A stretch of DNA of 63,995 bases, the filler included, from Octopus bimaculoides (taxonomy: Eukaryota), in NCBI RefSeq assembly GCF_001194135.2. It is 6 parts of 4 records of this genome, joined end to end, with 100 filler letters (N's around TTAATTAATTAA, not from the genome) between each part and the next. Parts side by side here need not be neighbours in the genome. Positions count along the whole stretch, not along the records: positions 1 to 16,145 come from NC_068991.1; positions 16,246 to 41,206 come from NC_069005.1; 4 more parts are not named here. One strand, given 5' to 3'. Made by a program: the position numbers and the translations under genes. Positions 13,700 to 25,983 of the stretch are shown in pieces (positions within the stretch are counted from its first letter, which is position 1; every line of letters begins with the position of its first letter). The notes under the pieces are model-generated. The model was not told where the DNA came from. It worked only from the letters and a program-made list of their open reading frames with translations, and did not search any database.

Positions 13700-14030
13700 C
13701 TTGATCAGTGATGATGAACTTATGACAGACTGCCGACGGTGACACGCCCGAGTTTTTAAAAGGCAGTTTGGGATTTGGATTTCGAAAAAATTTCACTGCA
13801 ATATCATACCACAAAATATTATCTACAAGTATAAGAGGCTTGTACAGTATTAAGCCACAGGCGTTGGTAAGGTCCGGCCACAGCACAGCTAGGTCCCTTT
13901 TTTAACTGTAATGCTTCCTTGATGAGCTGTGTCATCACACTCATATGTCAAGACATTCAGGGACTTAGGGTCCACCCGCCACGGCTGCCACCAGGCGTCT
14001 ATTTGCCGACTCCATAAGTTGGCTGGGATC
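13700..14030 (-). mobile_element. HERO-like non-LTR retrotransposon, reverse-transcriptase fragment
   Basis: Frameshifted GGP*VPECL..SVMTQLIKEALQLKK/DLAVLWPDLTNACGLILYKP matches the RT motif GGVPKVPGCLEHTGVVTQLIREA..GDLAVLWLDLANAYGSIPHKL as I recall it for the HERO clade. Confidence 0.7.
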
Positions 14031-14036
14031 ATCCAA

Positions 14037-15060
14037 CCCAGGCAGCGAAATTTTTTCCCATGAGAGTTCCCGACCCCAGGAAAGTACTCATTTGCATACA
14101 GCCAATCAGGGCTCATCTTCACCTTGTCAAGTTAACAAATGCTGGTAATCAAAATGGTGACATCCGATTACCATGCGAATCTTATATTGTGCTTTCATTC
14201 AGATGCCAATGTCATCGATATTGAACACATACGCTTGTTAGCGGTAGGTTTGAATTGCTATATCAAAGACAATGTCTTGAATTGCTATATCAAAGACAAT
14301 GTTTTGGACGAATATTAAAGTACGGAAACTGCTTGAAAGTTTTATAAATACACTGTTGTAAATACCTTGAAAATAGCACTCCGCCGAGGTCGACTTTGCC
14401 TTTCAACCTTTCGGGGTCGATAAATCAAGTACCGGTTGTGTACTGAGGTCGATCTAATCGACTGGTTCCCTCCCACAAAATTTCGGGCCTTGTGCCTTGA
14501 GTAGAAAAGAATATTTGTAAACAACATGTTATGCCTCCGGTAATTTTTTTTCATGTAAATAAATCTTATTTAGCTGTAATTTTTAGCACATCTTACAACC
14601 ATCAGTGTTTAATGCAAATACGATAAACAACACGTTACATGCGATAAACATATTACAATTTTTAACAGAAAGATTTCGAAGAATTAGATGAAAGTTCTCC
14701 GGTAATTTTCTTTCATGTAAATAAATGTTTATGTTAATTTTAAAGAGAGAAACAGTTAGCTTAAAATCTCTGAGCGAAATGTTGGCAAATAAACTTTAAT
14801 TTAAAAGATTTACCCAAAACATTTTATTTAGCTGTTATTTTTAGCGCACCTCACAACCATCTGAATGCTCAATGACAAAAAGAAACAAACATTAACCTAG
14901 ACGGGGAAGTTGCTGCCTGCCAGTAGAGAGGGAAAGAATTCACGGTGCTGACTAGAAAAGAAGAAAGCATAAAGGTGGCTCTGCTCTGATTGGCTATATG
15001 CAAATGAGTTCATTACTGGGATCCGAAACTCTCGTGGGAAAAAATTTCGCGCCCAGGCAG
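14037..15060. mobile_element. Non-autonomous inverted-repeat (MITE-like) element with ~70-bp TIRs
   Basis: 14044-14109 and 14986-15051 are inverted copies (about 80% identical). CCCAGGCAG is directly repeated at 14037-14045 and 15052-15060 (candidate TSD). The interior is AT-rich and non-coding, with internal direct repeats and a nested SINE. Confidence 0.55.
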
Positions 15061-15480
15061 GCTCTTATTTTCAAAGGCATCTGAGTAGCATCACCTTCAC
15101 AAAGATATAGCCCGAATACTACCAGAAACTGCCAGGAGAAATGAAGACTGACAGGTGGAAGTTATGGCCACCATCACAGTTAACTTTAGGGACGTTTTGG
15201 GACAGAAGCAACAAGCAAATGCAATCAGCCAATATGCAATGAAAAATTTTGTGTCTCGGGAAAGAATTTAAGTTGTTTAGGAAGCACTATAAAGAAGCAG
15301 GAGAGTTTGAAGAAGCTGGCAGAGTAGATCTTTGGGCAATACTCAGGTAGGAGCTCCTGGCACTGACGAAAGCAGAGAACTATAGGAGACAGAAAAAGAG
15401 AGCATGTATGAAAGACGCATTTCTGGCCAACCTCTTCAGACTGAAAGCAATTCGTTGGTTAGAAGGGGATCAGTTAATTT
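15061..15480 (+). mobile_element. HERO-like non-LTR retrotransposon, ORF region upstream of RT (decayed)
   Basis: DIARILPETARRNED*QVEVMATITVNF and VDLWAILR*ELLALTKAENYRRQKKRACMKDAFLANLF resemble the recalled HERO pre-RT motifs DVDKILEATAKGDVDRRLQTMTTIIVS and LRRAENLRKRRK..F..DPF. Confidence 0.65.
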
Positions 15481-16044
15481 AGCTGTTCAAAGGACGCTTT
15501 TAAAGAGCTCTTGACGAGTGTTTGCAACGCCAGTGAGAGAGATCAACCACTGGACTATGCAACACATTTATAACATCATCATAATCATACATATACATAA
15601 CATAAAATAACATATAACATGTTATAACATAATATATATAAGCTATACACTGTGTGTGTGTATGTGTAAATATATACATATACATATATATATATATATA
15701 TATAAATGGACAGAAAGAGAAAGAAAGAGAAGGGGGGCATAGTGAGTAACAGAGATAGAGATAAAAAAAGAGAGAGTGAGAGGCGGGTAATGAGAGACGG
15801 CATTTTAAGATTTGTGTCTATCTACCAAGAAAAAAGCATTAAAGGGAAAGGATGGGTGAGATATGAGGAAATGAAAGAATTTGAAAGATTAGAATTTACT
15901 TTCATTTCAAAAGAATTTCCAATTTCGATGGCAAAAATAGCGGTGGTGCGAAAGCAACAAAATAAATGAATAAATAGATAAAATTGAACCAAAAAAGACC
16001 ACGTAAAAAATTATACATACATACTTACATACAGGTATATAGAC

Positions 16045-16075
<31 letters not shown>

Positions 16076-16103
16076 CGCACGTATACATATATATATATAT
16101 ACA

Positions 16104-16145
<42 letters not shown>

Positions 16146-16245
16146 NNNNNNNNNNNNNNNNNNNNNNNNNNNNNNNNNNNNNNNNNNNNTTAATTAATTA
16201 ANNNNNNNNNNNNNNNNNNNNNNNNNNNNNNNNNNNNNNNNNNNN
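16146..16245. other. Artificial scaffold-joining spacer (44 N + TTAATTAATTAA + 44 N)
   Basis: Exact 100-bp structure with a six-frame-stop 12-mer at 16190-16201; identical to four other spacers. Confidence 0.95.
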
Positions 16246-16302
<57 letters not shown>

Positions 16303-16334
16303 GGATGGATAGATGGATGGATGGATAGATAGAT

Positions 16335-16396
<62 letters not shown>

Positions 16397-16420
16397 GGAT
16401 GGATGGATGGATAGACTGAC

Positions 16421-16451
<31 letters not shown>

Positions 16452-16462
16452 CAGATAGAGAC

Positions 16463-16510
<48 letters not shown>

Positions 16511-16548
16511 GGATAGATGGATGGATGGATGGATGGATGGATGGATAG
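16246..16548. repeat. (TAGA/TGGA)n tetranucleotide microsatellite
   Basis: Read directly from the sequence. Confidence 0.95.
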
Positions 16549-16976
16549 AGAGATAAAAACGAAGATATCACCATAAATGCATATCCTACCATTCCTAGAA
16601 TATATACTTCACAATTATTTATTACCCATTCTATAAGAGTTTACGAATACCGGAGTAAGTATTGTATTTCAAGTATTGGTTATATTTGAGCATCATCAAA
16701 TATTATCTATATTCGTTGGTAATTGTTCTATTTTAGCGATCGATCCTGTCTTTCCCAATTGAAAAGCACCGCTGAATTCTTTTTCACAGAAGCCGTCTAT
16801 TACTACATGGCTTTAAATTCGAAATGCTATTATCTAAAAAGTTATGGTCGTTGTCGTTTATCTTCTCACGAATCTGGAGACCCGCGTTAGGACATCGTTC
16901 TTTTGAATGAGAGTAACGAGCTGGCGATCATACCTTGTTACTCTGCGGACTAAGTTCCGCGTTGACATGCAGCTGA

Positions 16977-17108
16977 TATTTAAATTAAGCGCTATTATAT
17001 GCAATATTTAAATTAAGCGTTATTATAAGCAATATCTAAATTAAGTGTTATTATGAACGATATTTAAATTAAACGTTAATACTTACAATATACAAATTAA
17101 CCGTTAAC
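16977..17108 (+). repeat. Degenerate 28-bp tandem repeat (~4.7 units)
   Basis: TATTTAAATTAAGCGCTATTATATGCAA unit with progressive divergence. Confidence 0.8.
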
Positions 17109-19313
17109 CCTTACAGTTTACACTAGTTTATTGTTGCTACTATAATTGTTGAGTATAGAAACGACTGCCTGCTTATTTCTCTGGAATTTGTCAAACTGAT
17201 GTAGTCACCTCTGATGAGATTCTAGTCAGATTCAGAAATCGATTAAAGTTGTTTACGACTCTTTTCTGTCTAACTAAGGAACAATTAAATCAGTCCTGTT
17301 TGTATAAATACTATATATGATACACACACACATATATATCAAACAGAGTTATCTATAAGGGATTATCAATCCAGGCAAAACACTTCATAAGCTCTGTGTC
17401 ACTACACCGAACTAACAATATTGTTTTGATCAGTAAAAAAATTCTGAATCTTCATGTGGTAGGGCCCGAGGTTACAGCTCATCATTCTGTATTGCCAATC
17501 CATGTTCGCGTTCCAGACTGATATACAAGACGTAAATAATGGTCATTACATATTACTTTATTGTAGTAAATCTGACTTACCGCTGTTTCCAGTAGTCATT
17601 ATAGGTTCTTTGTTGGTTGGTTTATTGATTGGTTGAGAAAAATTGAACAACCTACAGAATTAATGCTGCTTTAGTCAGAGCCATTTATATATACGTGTAA
17701 CATATATACATTTATAGTTATTTAGGACTGCCAACATGGCAGTCCTAAAAATAGGACGAATGTTGCCGTTGATTAGCTCCAAGAGACTTAGAAATATTAA
17801 TATTTCTATTTTTGAAAACCAGTGGATGTATTCCACTGAATTTAGATAAATAATCCTTCGTACAGACGGTCAGTAGTGACGCCTGCTGGGTTCGGCTGCT
17901 CTACATTGATAAGGGGCAATATCCCGAAACTAGTCTGTAGATGCCAGACCAGCAAGGGGAAACAGCTAACCTCCCCTGTTCGAAGGTTACAATGGACACA
18001 GGTTCGTGTGTCACATAGCTAGCTAGAGGCGATGGCCTCTTGGAGCTAATCAACGGCAGCATTTGTCCTATTTTTAGGCGATAACTATTAATATCCACTA
18101 CCGCTGCCGTAGTCTCCTTTAGAGAGACTTAGAAATATTAATATCTCTATATATACATTTCTTTTGAGTTTATTTTCTGCTTGACAACTGGTATTAGTTT
18201 GTTTATGTCCCCATAATATACCATCTCCAGCGCCGAGTTCACCAGATCAATTGATTTCGACTTTGCCTTGTCTCGTCAATGATGGACGTTCAGCTGCTAG
18301 AAACAGCAGCGACTCATCTCTCCGCCAGAGAGAGAAGTTATATATACTAATATCACGGCTGCTACCATTAAAATTAGTACTATTGCCACTATAATCCACT
18401 TTGCAGTAATAACAACAAAAGCAACTACAACAACAAAAACAACAACATCTACTACTACTCATTAAAACTCTACTTTTAATCTTCGAGATGGATAACTTTG
18501 TGCGTTATGTCATTGACGAAGGTCCTTGAACATATTTGTTCCCTCGCTATATTTTCTATTCGTGACTGGTATTTTAAAACTTTCATGTTCTGTTAACAAT
18601 ATAATGGTATTGATTTCATCGAATAATCATAAGCAACGCCACAGCATGTGCAGGAACATACACACATACATAAATACATACATACATAAATACCTACAAT
18701 ACAATACAATACATATGAAGACACTCCCTCTAAGTAACACTACCATTACTTCATCGCTCCTATGATTTGATAATGGAAATAATCTCACAAAACTAAGAAG
18801 TATATTATATAAAATTATTCATGTATTTAAATCTTTTTTTGAAGTATTGAGCACACTATACATCGTTTGGGAAAAGCAATCCTTGTTTGTATAAGCAAGT
18901 TCTATGCGTATAGTGTACTGTTTTGTTATTACTAGGATCAATAAAGAAAGTAATTCATATAACGACAGATAAGAATCCTTTAATAAACAAAGGATTAGAT
19001 GTGAGCTGCTATAAGTTTCATGGTTGAATCGTACATTAATCGAAGGGGCTTGTATAGCGTGACGTGTACTATCATACAATTATTAAATACACGCACACAC
19101 GAACACACGCATACACACGCATACAGACATATTGATAAATCAATTACAGAAACAGGAGTAACATAAGGACTTCCATTAGCTTACTAATAATGTGAAGCAT
19201 ATCTGCATCAAAAGTTCTGGCAACTGTTTATTGATAAGACTATCACACGCCGGAATCATAATACGGGTGTGTGTGTGAGAGAGAGAGAGAAACAGAGAGA
19301 GAGAGAGAGAGAG

Positions 19314-19374
<61 letters not shown>

Positions 19375-20608
19375 TTGTGTTGTGTGGTATGAAGCTCGCG
19401 TCTCAGCCATGTTTCCCCGTTCAGTCCCACTACGTGGCACCTTGGACTACCGTCTTCTACTACAGTCCCAGGCCGACCAAACTACCAAAACTATATCTGG
19501 TGTCTTATCTGTACGACGTTCTTGAATAGACATTCTTTCTTAATTTTTATATTATTTTATATAATCATGCATGATCTGCGTCCCACATGCCAGAGTAATA
19601 TACTAACCAAACCAGCAACTTGAAACATAAATAGTTGCCCTCTAAGTATCTAATTGAATTTCTCAATAAATTCTATTGCATTTTCTAAAAAATTTCACTC
19701 CCTCCACCACGGTTGTTGGTGACTTGGTCATCTTCTCATGCTGCTTTATCTGTTTATATGATTAAAATTTACCCGACAATGCCGGGTTTTCGCCATGATA
19801 TAATCGAAGGATACGGAGAGTATTGAAGATGATTTTAAACTTATCAACGCTCATAGGTTGGTGAAGATACTCTTATGAAATATTACCGTAACTTAGCAGT
19901 GCGGCATAAAGGCTCCACAGAATAAGTACCAGGCTTAGAAACATATTTACTATCGTCGATTGGTGCGACTCAAACTTTTGAAGGTGGTGCAACAACATGG
20001 CTGCCGTCCAGACGCTGAAACAAGGGACAGATAAAATATAAAAGTCAGAAGAAATAGTTATATCTGCTTATATAAACATCATGTTACACAAACAATACAA
20101 TAATATATCAATTACTGAAATATTTCTTTTACAGTAGATGTTAGTCACCGAATAATACTGTTGCTTCTTTTATTTAAGTCTGAGTGTCATGTCGCAATGA
20201 TTAAACATATATACACACATATATATACATGAATATATATATATATATATANNNNNNNNNNNNNNNNNNNNNNNNNNNNNNNNNNNNNNNNNNNNNNNNN
20301 NNNNNNNNNNNNNNNNNNNNNNNNNNNNNNNNNNNNNNNNNNNNNNNNNNNNNNNNNNNNNNNNNNNNNNNNNNNNNNNNNNNNNNNNNNNNNNNNNNNN
20401 NNNNNNNNNNNNNNNNNNNNNNNNNNNNNNNNNNNNNNNNNNNNNNNNNNNNNNNNNNNNNNNNNNNNNNNNNNNNNNNNNNNNNNNNNNNNNNNNNNNN
20501 NNNNNNNNNNNNNNNNNNNNNNNNNNNNNNNNNNNNNNNNNNNNNNNNNNNNNNNNNNNNNNNNTATATATATATATATATATTCATATATGTAGATATA
20601 TAATTTTA

Positions 20609-20680
<72 letters not shown>

Positions 20681-21477
20681 TCTGTTTACAAACACAGAAA
20701 CAGGTGATTTCGTAAGATGTGTGTCTGTATGTGATTTTGCGTCCATTTGTGTGTAGCAGAACATAAACACACACACACACATGCATATATATATATACAC
20801 ACATACATATATATATATAGATATAGATATATATTGTATATATACATAGTATATATAAATATAAGTGCGTCAATTCATTCGTAAAACAGTCTGGAGGTTT
20901 GATATCCGTTGTCCCAATGTTCTTCTATACTTAATTATTCATGTCCTAACAAATAACAACAGATTTTCTGTTTTGCTGTTTCTTGCCTCTGTGTGAAAAC
21001 AAACAGCTGATACCCTGCTTCTATTTATTTCTCTTTTATTTTATCTTACACACTTTTTGTTTTGGTATTCACTACACACACACAGACACAACCACACACA
21101 CGCACGCACACACACAAGCACACACACACATGCACACACACATATTTATATATATATGTTGTTTTTTAGGTTGTTTTCATCAAGACTTTGTTGTTCACTT
21201 CGATTTTTCTTCTTTGATATATCCAATTTGGATTGTATATATTTGTGAATCTTTCATCAGATTACCACTCTCTGGTAAATCTACCTAGCTGGCTATCCCT
21301 GCTTACATGGCTATGTGACATTATCTCTCTCTCTACACATACATGCACACACACATACACGTATACATATGTGCGTTTGTGTGTGTGCATAGATCTATAT
21401 TTCATAGGAATGAATGAGTAAATATATATATCATTACATCAATACCAATATCTGTATCTATATATATTTTTTTTCGA

Positions 21478-21845
21478 AGCCGCATGACTCCGGATTCAGT
21501 TCCACTGCGAAGCACCTTGGGCGAGTGTCTCCTACTATACCCTTGGGCTCGGCCAAAGCCTTGTGAGTGGATTTGGTAGACAGAAACTGAAAGAAGCCTG
21601 TCGTATGTATATGTGTGTGTGAGTGTGCTTGTGTGTGTGTGTGTGTGTGTGTGCGTGTGTGTGCGTGTGTCTTCGACCACCTGCCGCTTGCAGCTATGTC
21701 GATGTGTTTACGTCCCATTAACTTAGCAGTTCGGGCACAGAGATAAATAGAATAAGTACTGGACTTACAATAATTTCCACGAAAATTCTTCAGACTGATG
21801 CCCCAGCATGACCGCGGTCTAATGTCTGAATCAATTGAAATAAGA
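21478..21845 (+). mobile_element. SINE family A, diverged copy
   Basis: Same head, body and tail blocks. Confidence 0.75.
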
Positions 21846-22164
21846 AAGTTATATATCAATTCTTCATTAATCCATTATATTTTACTCTTCCTTGGACTAC
21901 TGTCATGCTGGAGCACTCGCAGGATGCGTGTTAACCGAAAAGATTTACACCAGTACAGCTTTATTTCAAATCTGATACCTATTTTATCAATCTCTTCTAG
22001 AGACATAAACAAACCAACACTGGTTGCTCAACATCAAGACTGCGACTTGGAGTACGAGCACAAAACAAAGATACATACATACATATATATATATGTTTAN
22101 NNNNNNNNNNNNNNNNNNNNNNNNNNNNNNNNNNNNNNNNNNNNNNNNNNNNNNNNNNNNNNNN

Positions 22165-22195
<31 letters not shown>

Positions 22196-22197
<2 letters not shown>

Positions 22198-22232
22198 TTT
22201 CTGTTGAAGAGCGTAGCTCGAAACGTCAACGA
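22196..22232 (+). ncRNA. Minimal hammerhead motif with one core mutation (probably inactive)
   Basis: TCTTT-CTGTTGA-A-GAGC gta GCTC-GAA-ACGT-C-AACGA; A6 is replaced by T. Confidence 0.55.
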
Positions 22233-22349
22233 CTTTCCGTATTCCCGAGCGTCATACTAATACATCCTTCTGTCATTTACACCACCTGTCCTCGTCTGTT
22301 GTTGTTTTTTCGTACATTCTCCCATATACAAATAATAGTCCTGTTATAT

Positions 22350-22665
22350 TGACTAGGAACTGAGAAAACAAACTGTGTGCAGTCGTGGAAATTGGCTGCC
22401 CATCGGATGTGAAAATAAGATCGGTGAAAAAGAAAAAATGCTACGATGAACTGTTGAGAGTTGTGCAGTCACTCTATCGAGATTAGAAGCTCAGGTTTAT
22501 TCCTGTAACTGTTGGGGTACTGGGATATGTAACACACTGTCTAAATATCAATCTTGAGAAATTAGGCTTCTCAGAACCAAAAAGGAGAAACCTAATTCGA
22601 AGACTACAGATCCTATCCATCACTGGAACAATAAAAATCTGTAAAAACTCTTCCAATAGTTTATC
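22350..22665 (+). mobile_element. Second copy of the 6186-6725 RLE-LINE 3' end
   Basis: Clear nucleotide similarity to the reverse complement of 6186-6500 (e.g. aatcttgagaaattaggcttctca and cactggaac..taaaaatctgtaaaa). Confidence 0.8.
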
Positions 22666-24048
22666 ATTTAAATATATATATAACTATATGCTTGAGAATA
22701 CATGCATATAACAGGACACAAATCTGCGCATATACATACATACATACATACATACATACACACAAAAATGTTCTGTTGTTGATGTTGAGATTCCAGTGAA
22801 GGAGCCTTAGATCTAGATTAGAAACCGGCTCTCTCTTGTGGCAAGAAATCTTGAAATAAAACTGAATAATGACATACATATATATGTACATAAATACATA
22901 CATACATACATACAAACATACATACATACAGGCAGTCAGTCAGTCAGTCCTTAAATAATGCTGTTGAGAGGTTCTTCAAAATGTATGGCGTAAAACGAAC
23001 CCAATAACATAAAGTAGGTGAGTTTTGAATGTTGCAATTTTGTTATAATTTATATACTTGATGCTCCACGTATTTGTTTTGTTTTTTGTTGTTTTTTTTT
23101 TTTAATTAATGGTCCGAACTTACAATTTCCTTGAAAGAGAATATCAAAATGGCCAGCAGGAAGGAAAAAAACAATTAGAAGAAAATCGAGAAAAAAAGAA
23201 AAAAGAAATATTTTGCGATGCGTACATCCAAGATCGCACAAAGATCTTGCTGCAGAGTTGAATATATATATGTAGCAGATAAATACAATTACGTGTTCAT
23301 TGTTTATTTGATATTTTAAGTATTATTGCTGCACGTTAAAACAATTAGAAATGTAAGACATAAATGGTTAGACGTATAAAGATTACATCTTAGATAAGCT
23401 TCGTGAAATAAAAGAGAAACACAAAAGTTGAAATGTATTGGAACCAGCATCCGTCATTTTATACCACACAACTGGTCGTCATACATTATTTCTGTTTTCC
23501 TGAACTTAAATTGCAACAAACTATAGAACAGAGAAAAACAACGGCAAATAATAGTTCAATTTCAAAAACAACAACGGTACACATATGTGTGTGTGTGCGT
23601 GTGTGTGTGTAAAAGCACGTATATATATATATAGAGAGAGATAGATATAGATAGATAGATAGATAGAGAGTGAGATACATCCTTTGATATGTATATAGAT
23701 GTGTGTGTGTGTGTGTGTGTGCATCTATTTATGTATATATGTATGTATATGTTCTATAAACAGATGTAAAGCTACTTTATATTTACATGAAATTACATGT
23801 AAATAATCGTGGTATTTATACGTGGTAGTTTATAATTGTGTTTAATATGCCGTTTACATAATATGTACACGGCATATATATAAACATATATATATATATA
23901 TTTATATGTATATATAAGTATATATATATATATATATATNNNNNNNNNNNNNNNNNNNNNNNNNNNNNNNNNNNNNNNNNNNNNNNNNNNNNNNNNNNNN
24001 NNNNNNNNNNNNNNNNNNNNNNNNNNNNNNNNNNNNNNNNNNNNNNNN

Positions 24049-24096
<48 letters not shown>

Positions 24097-24598
24097 GTGT
24101 GTCAGTGTGTGTGTGTGTGTGTGTATACATAGTATTAAATCGAATCATACAAATTGTAATGAATAAAGAGGACCAGAAAGACAGAGCTCGATAGGTTTCA
24201 TTAGAGCTATTAATAAATGCTCACGAACACACAGACACACACACATACACTATCCACGCGCACACACATACTTACACATGGGCCTTATAAACTTTCACCT
24301 ACACATAAATATTTCGGTTATAACACGCACGTAACATTATTTAGAAGTATATATTTATATACTCAAGCATACATACATATATGCATAGAAACGTATATAC
24401 ATACAGATAGACATACATACCTACACACACATGTATATGTATGTGTCTGTGTGTCTAAGGATGGATGAAAGACTGGGTGACAATAGTAGGATGTATATAT
24501 GTGTGAATGTATGCGTACACACGCACAAACACAGATGTATATATATGTATTTGTATATATCCACACACACGCGCGCGCGCGCGCGCACGCACACACAC

Positions 24599-24650
<52 letters not shown>

Positions 24651-24703
24651 CATACATATATATACACACAAATACCTATATGTATGTATACATATATATA
24701 TAT

Positions 24704-24734
<31 letters not shown>

Positions 24735-25950
24735 CAAATACACNNNNNNNNNNNNNNNNNNNNNNNNNNNNNNNNNNNNNNNNNNNNNNNNNNNNNNNNN
24801 NNNNNNNNNNNNNNNNNNNNNNNNNNNNNNNNNNNNNNNNNNNNNNNNNNNNNNNNNNNNNNNNNNNNNNNNNNNNNNNNNNNNNNNNNNNNNNNNNNNN
24901 NNNNNNNNNNNNNNNNNNNNNNNNNNNNNNNNNNNNNNNNNNNNNNNNNNNNNNNNNNNNNNNNNNNNNNNNNNNNNNNNNNNNNNNNNNNNNNNNNNNN
25001 NNNNNNNNNNNNNNNNNNNNNNNNNNNNNNNNNNNNNNNNNNNNNNNNNNNNNNNNNNNNNNNNNNNNNNNNNNNNNNNNNNNNNNNNNNNNNNNNNNNN
25101 NNNNNNNNNNNNNNNNNNNNNNNNNNNNNNNNNNNNNNNNNNNNNNNNNNNNNNNNNNNNNNNNNNNNNNNNNNNNNNNNNNNNNNNNNNNNNNNNNNNN
25201 NNNNNNNNNNNNNNNNNNNNNNNNNNNNNNNNNNNNNNNNNNNNNNNNNNNNNNNNNNNNNNNNNNNNNNNNNNNNNNNNNNNNNNNNNNNNNNNNNNNN
25301 NNNNNNNNNNNNNNNNNNNNNNNNNNNNNNNNNNNNNNNNNNNNNNNNNNNNNNNNNNNNNNNNNNNNNNNNNNNNNNNNNNNNNNNNNNNNNNNNNNNN
25401 NNNNNNNNNNNATATATATGGATGAATGGATGGATATGGATGGATGTGCATGGACGTTGATTAGTGTGTGCTTGCGCATGCGTTTATAACATTATACATG
25501 TCTACATCTACAAACGAAATTACACAATATTCTGAGTAGTTATTTATCTTTCTATTTTACTCTTTATTTCATTTTCTCTTCAGATTCTCTTAGATGATGT
25601 TTGTCCTAGAGTGTTTGATTTCCAGAACCGCGCTTGCATCTTCTAATATGTATGGAAGCGCATATGTGGATAAAATTGGAGTTTCTATGTGTCTGAGTTG
25701 TGAACACATGCATGTTGTTGTATACGTTCGTGCGTTTGTATTTGTTTGTGAATCAGGTTAATGGAACTTACCTCTTATTTTGATTAATTAATGGCTATGT
25801 TATCGATTAGTTTTGACTAGATCGCTTTTGTTTCACTAATAGAGCATTTTACACGTATTTCGCTTAAGCAAAACGGTTTATGTGTAAATATGTGCGTGCG
25901 AATTGCTATGTACACAGTTACTTTTGTGTGTGTATCTATCTATCTATCTA

Positions 25951-25983
<33 letters not shown>

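Noticed and set aside
17560-17610. TTGNSGKS P-loop-like peptide on the minus strand
   Set aside because: It is not a proper GxxxxGK[ST] context and a stop follows within a few codons; the GGTAAGT is better read as a splice donor.
22790-22850. Repeat family (also about 4745-4800, minus) with C(C/T)A(A/G)TGAAG...GAAACCGG layout reminiscent of a hammerhead
   Set aside because: Both copies lack CUGA, so the core is not supported, although it may be a derived relative.
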